In this document: positions 45,726 to 61,863 of the stretch, piece by piece | How positions within the stretch are numbered: position 1 is the first letter of the stretch | How the letters are laid out: every line of letters starts with the position of its first letter | Assembly: GCF_009914755.1 (NCBI RefSeq) | Contig: NC_060925.1 | Length of the DNA: 64,000 bases | Direction: 5' to 3' (one strand) | Source: the human T2T-CHM13v2.0 reference genome, Homo sapiens | Notes under the pieces: model-generated | Databases searched by the model: none | What the model was told of the DNA's origin: nothing | The model's input: only the letters and a program-made list of their open reading frames with translations | Translations under genes and position numbers: made by a program

Positions 45726-48700
45726 GCATTATATAATTTGCATTTGAAGAATTAACAATGAGGATGAATATATAAAGGTTTCCATGGCTTTTCCTTTCTC
45801 TGAAAGTCTGTGAATTTGAAACCCCCTTGCTTCTGCCCATCAGCAGGTCTTAGTATCTATTGGGCCTCGTTGTTTCTTGGGACATATCAGCAAGTCTGTG
45901 TGTTTTTACTTCCCTGGCAACAGTTGGAAAAACATTGATGATACTGTTAAGCCACAACCTGGCAAGCTCTCCAGGTGGAGGGTGGAAGGGAACAGGAAGG
46001 CTATCAGATGCTGAGAGGGGAAACTCTGTTAGAAATAGCTACTGCCGACTGAGTTTCTACCATATGTCAGGACCTGAGTTCTTATGTCATTTGATTTTCA
46101 CAGCCACACCATGAAGAAGACACTGCTATTCCCATATTACAGGTGAGGAAGCTGGAGCTCAGAGAGGTTAGAAACTTGACCAGGGTCACACAGCAGGTAC
46201 ACAGCAGAGTTTGGGTTAGACCACAGCTCTGCTGGAGCCCGCCTTACTGTGGGGTGGGGGGGGTACTGCCCTAAGAACTCCACATATAATAAGTCTAAGT
46301 AGGTACTGTCATAATCTCCATTCCATGGATGAGTCACTGTGTCTTGGAGCACTGCCATATGAATTCTCTTACCCGCCCAGCATAGACAACCGTGAAAGCC
46401 AGAAGAGCTGGCAGAGTCTAGAAGTTGGCTGCCCCCACCCTCGCTGCAGACCAGAAGAAAGTGGACCCTCTTTCTCACTTCCTAAGAATACCCCCCTAGG
46501 TGACAGCACATCCTCTCAGCCCATGGCAGGAGACCTCCCGTGCAAAGCCCTGTTGACCAGAAGAGTCCCATTGCCCGGGTTCCATTCACCATGAAAGCCT
46601 GCCAGAGTGTATCTGAAATGAAGCTCCAAATTCCCACAGGTTTGCAAGATCAGAGGGAAGCAAAGGAGAAGGGCTTCCCCAGGGCGGGAAAGAGGGAGGA
46701 GGGAGAGATTAGCTTTTGTGGGAGAGTGACCCACTTTTCTCCACCTGAATCAAAGGAAATGGATTAAACGAGAGTCCCCCCAAATGCCTGTCAACAGTAG
46801 AATGGAGAGACCTGTGGCGGTATAGTCAACCGATGAGAACACCATGTCAACAAACCACAATGACACACAAGGACATGGATGAATCCCACAAGCATAGAAC
46901 GAAAAATAAAGCCAGACACAAAAGAGCACAGAGTGTGAGACTCCATTGCTACGACGTTCCACAATAGTCAAGCTCATGTGTGATTTCACAAGTCAGGACA
47001 GCGTTCCCCACGGCTGTGCATGCTGATTAGAGGGGGTTACTAGAGGTCTTCCTTCAGGCAGTGCTGCTGATGTTCTGTCTGTTTGGTGTTGGTTACATGG
47101 GTGTGTTCGCATTGCAATAATTCATCCCGCTGTTCACTAAGGTTTGTGCATTTTCCTGGATGTATGTTACATTAACATGCATTTGAATGATAATAATGAG
47201 GATGAGGATGATGGTTTAATTTTTTTTTTTTGTAGTGCCTGTAATCCTAGCACTTTGGGAGGCTGAGGCAGGAGGATCACTTGAGATCAGGAGTTTGAAA
47301 CCAGCCTGGGCAACATAGCCAGACCTCATCTCTATCAAAAATAAAAATTATCCAGGCAGAGTGGCTTGCCCCTGTAGTCCCAGCTACTCAGGAAGCTGAA
47401 GCAGGAGGATCCCTGGAGCCCAGGAGTTGGAGGCTGTAGTGAGCTGTGATTGTACCACAGCACCCCAGCCTTGGTGACAGCTGAGACCCTGTCTCTTAAA
47501 AAAAAATAGGTTCAAACTTCAGCAGGAAGTCCTTTGGACATCCTTCCAAATTATCAGGTATCCTTCCAGGTTATGAGCAACCAAGGCCATGTAGTAGAAA
47601 GAAAGCCCCAGCTTTGATATCAGAAAACTCTGTCTTTGGCTTCTAGTTTAATAACTGTGTTACTTTGATCGGGGTGCTTCATCTCTCTGAGCGTCAGTTT
47701 CCCAACTGGAAAATGGCACCAATGATGCAGCTCCTTTAGGCTTGTTGTCATGATTACAGGTAGCATGACTGGCACATGGTAAGTGGTCAGTAACAGGAGG
47801 AAAAGGTCTAGGGTTCAAACTCAGGCAAGGGGCAGGGCAAACTGCCCTCTTTCTGCACCTCAAGCCCAGAGAGTCTTGTTTCAGAATGACACAAAGCTGG
47901 TCACATGCAATGGGGGGATTCCCAAGCCAGTGGCCACGAGAAGGCACTTTCAAAATCATTTGAAATCCCCATGCCCAGCAGCTTCCAGATGGTCATTACT
48001 GGAAGATTCTTTCCTGTGTTTAGATGCAGCCCAGCCCCCTGCTGCTTCATAAAGGCCACATCTGGTGGGAGGCCGCAGACCCTGGGCATCCAGAAGGAGG
48101 CCTGGTGGTCAGACAGACCTGACATGGATCCTGACTCCCCCTCTGTTTTCTCATCTGTTACACGGGGCAGGGGAAACTGATAATACCCAGCTAGTGGGAT
48201 TGGTATGAGGATTCCTAGACGTGGGGCATGCACGGCACTTGGCAATGTGCTTTGTGCAGAACAAACACTCGATAATGGCACTTGGTGGTGCTGTTATTAG
48301 TATTAGCTCAAGGGAGGCAAAGAGCACATTTCCAGGAAGTCCTACAGGAGCCCAGCACATGATTCCATTCCACCGACATTCTTGAGCACCTACTCTGTGC
48401 CAGCCCCAGCCAGACTCAGCACACTGTGCAGGGTGCAGAGACGAAGGAGCAAGACAAGGCCCTGCCCACCAGGAACTTACAGTGTCCTCAGAGTGACCAG
48501 ACACTTTTCCAGCTGGTTGGGACCTGGGCAGTGCAGATAGTTGGTGGCCTGTCCGGTAGGTGCAGGTGAGGGGCTCACACTGATTTGCACAGAAGTCGGT
48601 TGCCCTGCCTGAGGAGTTGGAATGGAGGGCTGACTGGACAACAAGATAATTGTCTGGTGGGTTTGGCCGGAGTACTGCAGAGAGACCCTGTAGAACCTCC

Positions 48701-49558
48701 TGGCACCCCTCTGGTCACTGAGAGGGGCTATGCAAGGCACAGGTGATAGAGGGTGTCACTGTGGCATGGGATGGGACTGGGGGCACGCACCTCTTCCATA
48801 CAGAGCGTGTATGGCTCTGAGGCTGGAAGGCAAGGCGACTTTCCTGGAACCCTGAGAGTCTGCAGCTTTGGGGGAATCTAAGGTCAGCACCCTGGGGTAG
48901 GCCCAATCTCTGTGGGTGCCAAGGCTTCCATGAGTAGCTGTGAGTGGATGTCAACACTGGGGTCAGGGGAGCAGGGCAGAGGGATATGAGCAGCTGGGGC
49001 TCCCGAGACGCTTCTGAAGATGCTCAGCTGACATGGCAAGGCGTTATTTTGGGAGGGCCGGTGGGCTGACTTATGTGGGTGGGACAGAGCCATTTCTGCC
49101 TGTTAATATGATCCCATAGGGGCTCATAGCCTCATGAAATCTGGCAGAAGGGTTAGCCTGGAAGGGTCCACCATCCACTCCACAGGAAATAATAGCACTT
49201 GGGCACGCACAGAATCTTCTATCTTTCTCGCTCCTTGAAGCACATTTTATATTTTGGGCACTATTTTTACCATGTGCAGATGAGGTTGGTGGGGCTCTGC
49301 AGGGTCTACTTCCTGTCTCTACGAATTTGACTAAGTACCTCACATAGGTGAAATCATACAGCATTTCTCCCTTTCTACCTGGCTTCTTTCATTTAGCACA
49401 ATGTTCGCAAAGTTCGTCTGTGTTGTAGCATATGTCAGAATTTCCTTCCTTTTTCAGGCTGAGTCACATAATCTGTTTTTAAAAATAGCTTTATTGGCTG
49501 GGCGTGGTGGCTCATGCCTGTAATCCTAGCACTTAGGGAGGCTGAGGCGGGTGGATCA

Positions 49559-50158
<600 letters not shown>

Positions 50159-50377
50159 TGAACTCCTGGGCTCAAGCAATCCATCCGCCTCAACCTCCCA
50201 AAGTGCTGGGATTACAGGTGTGAGCCAACACTCCAGGCCTAGAACATTTTCGATATCCCAAAAAGAAGGGTCTCCAGCAAAGGACTGACCAGAACCGGTT
50301 CTTCTCACCTTAAGTCTAATTTTTCCCCCTAGAGGCCCACAGTCAGGAGCCATATGGTATTGTCATGGGCAGCACCA

Positions 50378-50761
50378 CAGCCCATGTGTCCCCCACCCCA
50401 AATTAATATGTTCAAGTCCTAACCCCCAATACTTCAGAATGTGACTGTATTTGGAGGTAGGGCCTTGGAAGAGGTGATTAAGTTAAAATGAAGTTACTAG
50501 AGTGGGCCCTAATCCAATATGACTGGTGTCCTTATGAGAAGAAGAGATCAGGACATAGACAGGCACACAGAAAAGATCATGTGAAGACACAGGGAGAAAG
50601 TAGCCATCTACACGCTTGGAGAGAGGCCTCAGAAGGAACCAGCCCCACTGACACCTTTCTCTCAGACATCCGGCCTCCAGAACTGTGAGAAAATAAATTT
50701 CTATTGTGTAAGCCACCCAGTTTGTGGGACTTCGTTATGGCAGCGCTGGAAAACTAATACA
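50378..50761 (+). mobile_element. MLT1 (MaLR) LTR
   Basis: cagaatgtgactgtatttggag...ccctaatccaatatgactggtgtcctta...aataaatttct...actaataca. Confidence 0.85.
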
Positions 50762-52398
50762 GGTGTTAAGAGAGGCCAGAGAAAATAATGAATACATAGT
50801 AGACTTCCTGGAGGAGGTGAGCAGCCGGTAGGTCATTGCTCCTTTCTTCTGCCTGCTCCCCTCCCACTGGACCCCAGGTATGCACACGCAATCCCTGCAG
50901 GACAGAGACCTGCTCGGAGAGACTGGCCTGGTCCTCAGGGAGCCGCCTATAGTTGGGTCTTCCCTGGTTCATGGGGCTGAGACACATGGCTTCCCAGTTT
51001 GCTGCCTCAGTTTCCACCTCCATAAAATGGGAATAATGACATTTGATGCTTCCCTCTCCAGAGTTAACAGGTTAATGATTAGGAAATATTTGGTGAAATG
51101 GTGATTATCTAAATATTTTTGTTATAAATGTAGAAATTGTTTCTTATAAAAATTATTTTTTTTTGTAGATTCACTGTTTTGCAACCATCACCACAATCTA
51201 ATTTTAGAAACTTTTTCTTTTTTTTTTTGAGACAGGGTCTCACTATTGAGGTACACTTTATATAAAAATATATTCATTTGAAGTTTTGTGAATTTTTACA
51301 AATATATGACATTTGTCAAGTATTTGTATGATAGTGACAGAAACGGACCAGTGACAACTACTGGTCCACTTCAGTCACTGTAGGTGAGTTTTGCCCTCTC
51401 CAGAATCTCAGATAGATGGAATCACACAATTTGTAGGATTTTTGTATCTGGCTTCTTTTATTTAGCCTAATGCTTTTGAGGTTCATTCACGTTGCTGCAT
51501 GAATTTTATTGCTGAGTGGTATTTAGTTGGATGGATGCATTGCAGTTTGTTTATCCTTTCTTCAGTTGACGGACACTTGGTTGTTTGTAGTTCTGGGCTA
51601 CTATGAATATGAGGCTGTTATAAACACTTGTGAATTAGTCTTTGTATGAACATATGCTTTTTTTTTTTCCTTTTGGGTAAATGCCAACAAGTAAAATGAC
51701 TGGGTGTTATATGGTAAGTGCATGTTTAACTTTATAAGAAATTGCCCGTTTTCCAAAGTGGTTGTACCATTTCACATTTCCCACCACGAGTGTGGGTAAG
51801 TTTCAGTTGCTTTACAACTGTGCTACATTTTGATTTGGTCAGTCTTTTTCAATTGTAGGCGTTCTAATAGGTGCACAGCAGAATCTCATGTTCTTAATTT
51901 TTATATATCTGATGACTAATGATGATATGTGCTAATTTGCCAATCTGTATACCTTCTTTGGTGAAGTGTCTGTTCAAATCTTTTGCTCATTTTTTATTGG
52001 GTTGTTTATTTTCTTATTAATGAGTGTTGAGAGTTGTTTCTATATCTTGGATACAAGTCCTTTATTGAATATGTGCTTTACAAATATTTTCTTCCACTCT
52101 GTGATTTGTCTTTCCATTATCTTTTTTTTTTTTTTTCGAGACAGAGTCTCACTCTGTCACCCAGGTTGCACTGCAGTCCACTGGTGTGATCTCGGCTCAC
52201 TGCAACCTCCACCTCCTGGGTTCAAGCAATTCTCTAGTGCCTCATCCTCCCAAGTAGCTAGGACTATAGGTGCACACCACCATGCCTGGCTAAATTTTTT
52301 GTATTTTTAGTAGAGACAGATTTTTGCCTTGTTGGCCAGACTGGTCTCAAACTCCTGGGCTCAAGTGATCTTCCCACCTTGGCCTCCCAAGGTGCTGA

Positions 52399-52709
<311 letters not shown>

Positions 52710-53930
52710 TGATCTGCCTGCCTCAGCCTCCCAAAGTGCTGGGATTACAGGCGTGAGCCACCGTGCCCGGCCAGAAGTTAAATTTTCATGAAGTCCTTTT
52801 TATTGATTTTTTTTCTCTTACAAATTGTGCTTTTGGTGCTGTATTAAGAAATCTGCCTAATCCAAGGTCACAACAATTTTCTCCCTGGTTTTCTTCTAGA
52901 AATTTTTATAAGCTTAGGTTTTATATCTAGGTCTATGATCCATTTTTTAAATATTTTTTTAAATTGTAGTAAATACAACACAAAATGTACCATCTTAATC
53001 ATTTTTTAGTACAGTTTAGTGGCGTTAAGTACATTCACATTGTTGTGGAACCATCACCACCATCCATCCATAGCACCCTTTTAATCTTGCAAAACTGAAA
53101 CTCTGTACCCTTTAAACACTGACTCCCCACTCTCCCCTTCTCTCAGCCCTTGGCAACCACCATTCTACTTTATGTCTCTGTGAATTTGACTAAGTATCCC
53201 ATATAGGCAAAATCATACAGTATTTGTCCTTTTCCAATCAGTTTATTTCACTTAGCCCAAGTCCTCAAAATTTATCTGTAGGGTAGCATATGTCAGAATT
53301 TCCTTCGTTTTTAAGGTTGAATAATATATTTCACTTTTGAAAACAGCTTTATTGACTGGGCGTGGTGGCTCACACCTGTAATCCCAGCAGTTTGGGAGGC
53401 TGAGACAGGGGGATTGCTTGAGCCCAGAAGTTAGAGACCAGCTTAGGCAACATAGCAAGACCCCATCTCTACCAAAAAAAAAAAAAAAAAAAAGCTTTAT
53501 TGAGATATTCATATACCATACCATTCATTCATTTCAAGTGTATAATTCAATGGGTTTTGTGTGTGTGTGTGTATCCATAGTTTTGCAACCATTTATAACC
53601 ATTTGCAAGTGTTCTAATTTTAGAACACTTTTGATACCACAAAAAGAAATTCTACCCATCAGTAGTCATTCCCCAATCCCTGTCACCACATGCTCCCTTT
53701 TCTCAGCCCCTGGAAACCATCACCTACTTCCTGTTTCTGCAGCTTTGCCTATTCTGGACATTTCATAGAGCAAAATCGTGTGATATGTGACTTTTGTGAC
53801 TGGTTTCTTTCATTTAACAATGCTTTCAAGGTTCGGCCATGTTATAACATGTATCACTACTCTATTCCTTTTAATGATTGAAGAATATTTCCTTGTATAG
53901 ATATACCCTATTCATCAACCAAATGTCCAT

Positions 53931-54297
53931 TGTATTAGTCCGTTTTCACACTGCTGATAAAGACATTCCCAAGACTGGGTAATTTATACAGGAAAAAGGT
54001 TTATTGGACTTACAGTTCCACATGGCTGGGGAGGCCTCACAGTATGGCGGAAGGCAAGGAGGAGCAAGTCTCATCTTACGTGGATGGCAGCAGGCAAAGA
54101 AAGAGCTGGTGCAGGCAAACTCCCGTTTTTTTAAAGCCATCAGATCTCGTAAGACTTATTCACTATCACGAGAACAGCAGGGGAAAGATCTGCCCCCATG
54201 ATTCAGTCATCTCCCACCAGGTCCCTCCCACAACACATGGGAATTATGGGAGCTACAAGATGAGATTTGGGTGGGGACACAGAGCCAAACCATATCA
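53931..54297 (-). mobile_element. THE1 (MaLR) LTR
   Basis: tgtattagtccgttttcacactgctgataaagac...cacagagccaaaccatatca. Confidence 0.9.
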
Positions 54298-54896
54298 GGT
54301 ATATGCCTAGGAGTGCAATTACTGGGTCTTAGGGTAACTCCATGTTTAATGCTTTGAAGAACTGCCAAGCTGTTTTCCACAGTGGCTTCACCATTTTACA
54401 TTTCCATCAGCAATGTATGAGGGTTCCAGTTTCTCTGCCTCCTCACTAACTCTTGGTATCATCTGTCTTTTTGATCGCAGCCATCTTAGTGGGTCTGAAG
54501 TGGTATCATATTATGGTTTTCGTTTGCATTTCCCTAATGACTAATGATGCTGAGCATCATTTCACATGCTTGTTGGTCATAAGGTTATCTTCTTTGGATA
54601 AATGTCTTTAAATCTTTTGCCTATTTTCAAGATTGGGTTGTCATCTTTTTACTGCTGAGTTATAAGAGCTCTTTAGATATTCTGGATACAAGTTCCTTAT
54701 CAGACACATGGTTTGCAAATATTTTCTCTCATTCTGTTTTTTTTTTTTATTTTCTTGATGGTACAGTTTGCAGCACACATATTTTTCATTTTGATAAATT
54801 TCAAATTATCTTTTTTGTGTCACTTGCGCTTTTGATGTACCAAGAAACCATTGATAACTCAGTGTCACAAAGACTTAGTCCTATGTTTTCTTCTAA

Positions 54897-55479
<583 letters not shown>

Positions 55480-56254
55480 TAAAAGGTTTATAGTTTACGT
55501 TTAGGTCTCTGATCCATTTTGAGTTAACTTTTGTATGTGGTGTAAGGAAGGGGTTCAACTTCATTCTTTTGCATATAGGTATCCAGTTATCTCAACAATG
55601 TTTGTTGAAAAGACCATTTTTTCCCTGTTGAATTGTCTTAGCACCCTTGAACTGTGGTGAGTTTTGGTTAATTTTTGTATATGGTTAGAGGTATGAATTG
55701 AAATTCTTATTTCTTTTCTGTCTTTCTCTCCCTTCCTTCCTCCCCTGATCCCTGTTCTGTTTCCCTCTTTCCTTCTCATCCTCTCTCTTTCTTCTTTCTC
55801 TCCCTCCCTCTGTTTCTTTCTCTCTTTCTCTCTCCCTCCTTCTCTCTCTTCTTTCTCTCCCTTTCTTTCTCTCTATTTCTCTCCCTATTTTCTCTCTATT
55901 TCTCTCTCTTTCTGTTGATAGTCAGTTGGCCTAGCAACATGGTTGAAAATTCTGTTATTTCTCCATGAACTTCCCTTTGGATCCTTGTCAAAAATAAATT
56001 TTCCACATTTGTAAGTCTGATTCTCAATCATCTATTCTGTTCCATTGACCTATTTGTTTATCTTTATATCAATACCATACTATCTTGATTACAGTAACTT
56101 TTTTTTAAGGCAGAGTCTCACTCTGTCACCCAGGTTGGAATGCAGGGCACAATCATAGCTCACTGAAGCCTCGACCTCCCAGACTCAAGCAATTCTCCTG
56201 CCTCAGCCTGCTGGGTAGCTGGGACTACAAGTGTGTGCCACCAAGCCATGCTAA

Positions 56255-56401
<147 letters not shown>

Positions 56402-56999
56402 TAAGTCTTAAAATCAGGTAGTGTAAGTCCTGCAATACTATTCATCTTTTCATAGTTGATTTGGCTATTCTAGATCCCTTGAATTTCCATATGAATTTTG
56501 GGATCACCTTGTCAATTTCTACAAGAAAAGTCTGTTAGGATTTTGATTGAGAGTGCACTGACTAATGAGCAAATGAGAATTGACATTGTAACAATATTGG
56601 GCCTTCTGATTCATAAGCATGACACATCCCTTGATTTACTTTGGTTTTCCTTGATTTCTCCGAGCCTCATTTTAAAGTTTTTAATGTACAATATCTGTTT
56701 TTTGGTCAATTTTATCCCTAAATATTTCACATTTTTGGATATTATTGTAAATTTTTTTTTAAAATTTCAGTGTCCAATTATTCATTGCTAGTATGTAGAA
56801 GTACAATTATTATGACTATTTCGTATTTTTATCTTATATTCTGCAACCTTGCTAAATTCAGTTGTTAGTTCCAGCAGCTTTTTTGTAGCTTCTACAGGAT
56901 TTTTTATATGGACTATTATGTTGATGCCAATAGACATCAACTTTCTTCTTCCTTTCCAATCTGAAGACCTTTCATTTCTTTTCTTGGCTGTTGCACTAA

Positions 57000-57432
<433 letters not shown>

Positions 57433-57877
57433 TAGATATCCTTTCTCAAGCTGGGGAAGTTCCATTCTGTCTCAGTTTGCAGACAGTTTTTTAAATCAGG
57501 AATGGATGTTGGATTTTGTCAAATGGCATTTGTTTTGTTTTCTTGGATTTGTTGAGATGACCATATGGCTTTCCTTCTTTAGTCTGTTAGTATGGTATAT
57601 TTACATTGACTGATTTTTAATGCAAAACCAATCTTTCATTCCTGGGATAAACCCCACTAGGTCATGGTATATTTTCCTGTTTACCAGCATTTGCCCGTTT
57701 GCCAATATTTTGTTAAGAATTTTTTTATCTATGTTGATGAGGAATCGTAGTCTTGTAGTTTTCATTTCTTGTAATGTCTTTATCTGGTTTTGGCATTAGA
57801 ATAATGTTGGCTTAGTAGAATGAATTGGGAAGAACTTTCTTTATCTAAATTTTCTGGAAGAATTTGTGTGTAATTGG

Positions 57878-58282
57878 TGTTATGGACTCAATTGTTTTCC
57901 CCTCCCCTAAATGTGTAATTTGAAGCTCTAACCCATGGTACCTCAGAATATGGCTGTATTTGGAGATAGTGCCTTTAAAGAGGTGATTAAGTGGAATCAA
58001 GGGTGGGTCCTAATCCAGCATGACTTGTGTCCTTATAAGATGAGTAAATTTAGACACACAAAGAGACATGAGAGATGGGCATGCGCAGAGGAAAGGCCAC
58101 GTGAGGCCACAGAGCGAAGGTGGCATCCTCAAGCCACAGAGAAGGGCCTCAGAATGAAATCAGCCCTGCCAGCATCTTGATCTTGGACTTCCAGACTCCA
58201 GAACTGGGAGAAAATAAATTTCTGTTATTAAAGTCCCTCCATTTGTGGTATTTTGTCATGGCAGCCCTAGCAAACTAATACA
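57878..58282 (+). mobile_element. MLT1 (MaLR) LTR
   Basis: ctgtatttggagatag...ggacttccagactccagaactg...caaactaataca. Confidence 0.85.
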
Positions 58283-60372
58283 ATTGGTGTTTCTTCTTCC
58301 TTAAGTATTTGGTCAAGTTCACCAGTGAAGCCATCTGGACCTGGAGTTTGTTTATGGGAAGATTTTAAACTATATATTCAGCAGCTTTCATAAATATCCA
58401 GCTATTTCCAGTTGAGTGACTTTGTGCCTTTCGAGGAAATTGGCCATTTTATTGTAATTGTTGAATGTATTTTTATACTCATCTTAATACCAAAAATTAC
58501 AAATAAAAAAATAAAAACCACCATTTATTCCACGTCTAAAGATGTCCATTACTAATGCTTTTACATTGTATCCTTCTAGATAATTTTTATACCTGTGTAC
58601 ACCAACTCCTTTTTAAAAATGCTATTACCTTGTAGTACAGGGTGGTTTTTTTGTGTCAACAAATATTATTTGAAAACATGATTATGGATGGATGGCTAAT
58701 AATTTGCTTAACTAACCCCTAATTTAAGTTGCTTCTAATGGGGTTGGGGGAGCATCAAGAAAACACCCCTTCAGTGTCTCTAGGAGCAACTCAAGTTGGC
58801 ATTTGGTCTGCAGTCCCAGAAGTGGAATTACTGGGTCAACCAGTTTATTATTGACTCATTATTGAGCACCCTGAGCTTGGTAGGGGGAGGGTGGAGGGAG
58901 AGGGAAGAGCCCGTCCTCTTCCTCAAGGATCAAGCCTCTCTGAAGACCAGCCCAACCAGCATGTCCAGTGGGAATTCCAGTTGAGAAAGTAGCAGTGATG
59001 CTGCTCAGAGGCTCTCAGGGGTCCCCGGCCCCAGCCTTGGCCTCCTCGACCTACGTTGGAGTGGCTCTAGTTATCTGCAGGTTGGAGGCTGTATCTTCAG
59101 GATTTGGACATACTGGGCCTTACTTCTCGATTCTTCCTTCTTTGGAGTGTGGTGACATCATTAAGTGGTGTTTGAGAAAATGGAGGCAAAGATAGAAGCC
59201 AAACTTTGTGCAGACAAGTGAAGACAGAGACTAGTCTTGTTTTCCAATCACTCCCAGTCTGATGAAGCAGATGCAGCCTTGTCCCAAGGGGGAAGCCCTA
59301 GGCTTTTGGAAGAAACAAAGGCCCCTTCCTTCCAGGATCCCCAGTTTGAAGGAAGTGTCAAGATTCATAAACCAAAACATATACAGGTAACATCACCTGT
59401 ATATGTTTTGGAATGCATCACCAAATGCAAACAAACACCCTCCCATGCAAGGACCTGTGACTGGATGCAGTGGGGTTTTTCCGGGATAACTTCCTGGAGA
59501 GGAGATGGACTTGGATCCACAGAGAGGCAGCTGGGCAGAGGAAGGGTGGGGGCTGGGTGAGGGGGATGACATGTGGACTGTGGTTTGGTATAGCCAGAAG
59601 AGGAGGCTGGCAAAGCTAGGGGCAGGAAGGGAAGCCCCAGGGGTCTCTTCTGCCCCTTGTTGGCAGGTTTGAGGACATTGAGAGAGATGGATCAACTTGA
59701 AGGTGAGGGGATTATTTGCAGTGTCAACTTCCAAGAGTCACCTTCTCCTGCCTCCCTTACCATCCCCTCCCAGTATCTCAATTCTCCCCAAGGCTGGAGA
59801 TCAGCCCCTACTTTGCTATTGTTTGTAGACATGGGGTCTCACTATGTTTCCCAGGCCGGTCTCAAATTCCTGGCCTCATGCAATCCTTCCGTCTTGGCCT
59901 CCCACAGTGCTGGGATTGCAGGTGTGAGTGATCACGCTGTGCCCAGCCCTCTACTTTGTAACAATCAGATCTTTAACTGGGCACTTACACCTGCCCCAAC
60001 CCACCACATGACACCCGACTTGTATGAGCATCACCCTCATTCAGTGAGGCCTTGTTATGTGCACTTACAGCTGAGAACTCAGAGACCAGGGAAGGGAGCT
60101 CTCCTACCAAGGCCTCACGGCTGGGAAGTGGTGGTACTGGCATGGGATCTTCTATCAGTGCGACTGCTCAAACCCCCAAGCTCAGCCCAGGTGACCCAGC
60201 CCTGAGAGGGGCTCCCAGAGCTCACACTGCCTTGGATTCTCTCCAGTCCCATCTTTCTCATACATACCACCCCCCTTCAAAAAAGGCAAATGGTGCTGAC
60301 AACCAGGCCCCCCAGGATCTCCGTCAGATAATTGTGCCCCCTTCAAGGGCAAATTTGGCAATGTCACAACGC

Positions 60373-60751
60373 TGCTAAGTTGGTTTAGGTAGAATCCTCA
60401 ATTTTGTCCTCCATATCTGATTGGGTTTCTTGTCCTCCGTGGCCCCCAGGTGATGTCTGAGCAACCCACCTGCCTTCAGCAGGAATCCTGGTGGATCGGT
60501 TTAGCCAGAGTCTCCCAACCCCCCATGACCCCTGATGTTTCTTCTGGTTAACTTTCCAACCTCAGACCCCACCCTGCTCCTTGGCTATGAATTCCCGCTT
60601 TTTCTTATTGTATCTGCTGTTGAGTCCAGTCTCTCTTCCCCACTGCGGAAGCCACTGCCATGGCCCTACACCTGTCCCCATGGCCCCTTTGAACAAAGCC
60701 TGCCTTACTGTGTTTCAACAAGTGTCACTGAGTGATGTTTTATCTTTAACA
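60373..60751 (+). mobile_element. MER31-like ERV1 LTR just upstream of PLA2G2F
   Basis: tttagccaga...cccccaccctgctccttggctat...gttgagtccagtctctc...ctttaaca. Confidence 0.6.
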
Positions 60752-61072
60752 TCTTTCAGATGGGGAAAGAGAGGCCTTTGGGCTAATTTCCTTTCAGATG
60801 CATGGGGAAAGACTGACTCTCCTATCAGGTATGTAAACCCCCAAGTCAGGCAGACCAGAGCACCCAGCGGTGGGGACTGTACCAGCTGGCTGTGGGCAGG
60901 GCTGTGGGGGAGGGAGGAAGAGGTGGAGCCTCCTTTTTCTAGGGCATGTGTCACCTGCCACTCCCCTGCCAGTGTGCGAGGCAGCGTGAAGCTGGGGCCT
61001 GCTCCCCGCAGCCTCTGGAGCGCATCTCAGACCTTCTGAGACCTATGTTGCTGGCCCCCCAGAACCCGCAAC

Positions 61073-61188
61073 ATGGCAGATGGGGCAAAGGCCAACCCCA
61101 AAGGGTTCAAAAAGAAGGTGCTGGATAGATGCTTCTCTGGGTGGAGGGGCCCACGCTTCGGGGCCTCCTGTCCTTCAAGAACCTCCAG
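61073..61188 (+). CDS. PLA2G2F: Group IIF sPLA2 exon 1, long-isoform N-terminus (MADGAKANPKGFKKKVLDRCFSGWRGPRFGASCPSRTS-R)
   Basis: caacATGg Kozak context, 116 nt, gtaggt donor, in frame with the next exon. Confidence 0.9.
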
Positions 61189-61333
61189 GTAGGTGCCTGT
61201 TGCCCTGAGATGGAATCCTCCAGGGAGGGGCAGGGACAGGCGTGAGGGACTGGCTCCTAGAATCCCTTTCTCCTAAGAGTCCACGTGGTGGGCAGAACCC
61301 CAAAGGGATCATTTAGTCAACCTTCACGTGGCA

Positions 61334-61400
61334 CTCATGTGGCCCAGGGAGAGTGAGGCCACACAACCCTCATGTGGCCCAGGGAGGCTGAGGCCACACA
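61334..61400. repeat. 35-bp tandem duplication in PLA2G2F intron 1
   Basis: ctcatgtggcccagggag..tgaggccacaca at 61334 and 61369. Confidence 0.9.
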
Positions 61401-61810
61401 TTTTGGAAGCGGTGCTGGGACTGGAATCCAGGGACCTAGGACTCCTGGCTTTGGGTTCAAGACCCAGCTGCTAGGCTGGGTCATATGACTTCCTTCCCGG
61501 ACTCCCTAGTGTGTGCATGGGAGGTCTGGCCTGAGACAGCAGGCTTCCTGTCCTGAAGGCTGATGCGTGGAGGGGGTTCCTGCCAGAGTGGGGGGCAAGG
61601 AGGTGTTCGTGCCTCCTGGCTCTGCCATCTGGGGTGCGCTCCTCCAGGAGGGGCTGGGCAGGTACTGATGACAGCGCTAGGAGCAGCAACTAGGACATCA
61701 AGGGACAGCATTGATGACACCTGTCCTGAGGCTCAGGAAGGGAGCAGCAGGTCCAACACTGCCAAGGGTGGAGGGGATGGACTCAAGCTCCGGGTTTCGT
61801 CCTCCCTCAG

Positions 61811-61863
61811 GTCTAGCCTGGGTATGAAGAAGTTCTTCACCGTGGCCATCCTTGCTGGCAGCG
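61811..61863 (+). CDS. PLA2G2F: PLA2G2F exon 2 (SSLGMKKFFTVAILAGS; signal-peptide ATG at 61824); gene continues beyond the window
   Basis: ccctcag acceptor; 40 nt from ATG to the gtgagt donor, as in the paralogs. Confidence 0.95.
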
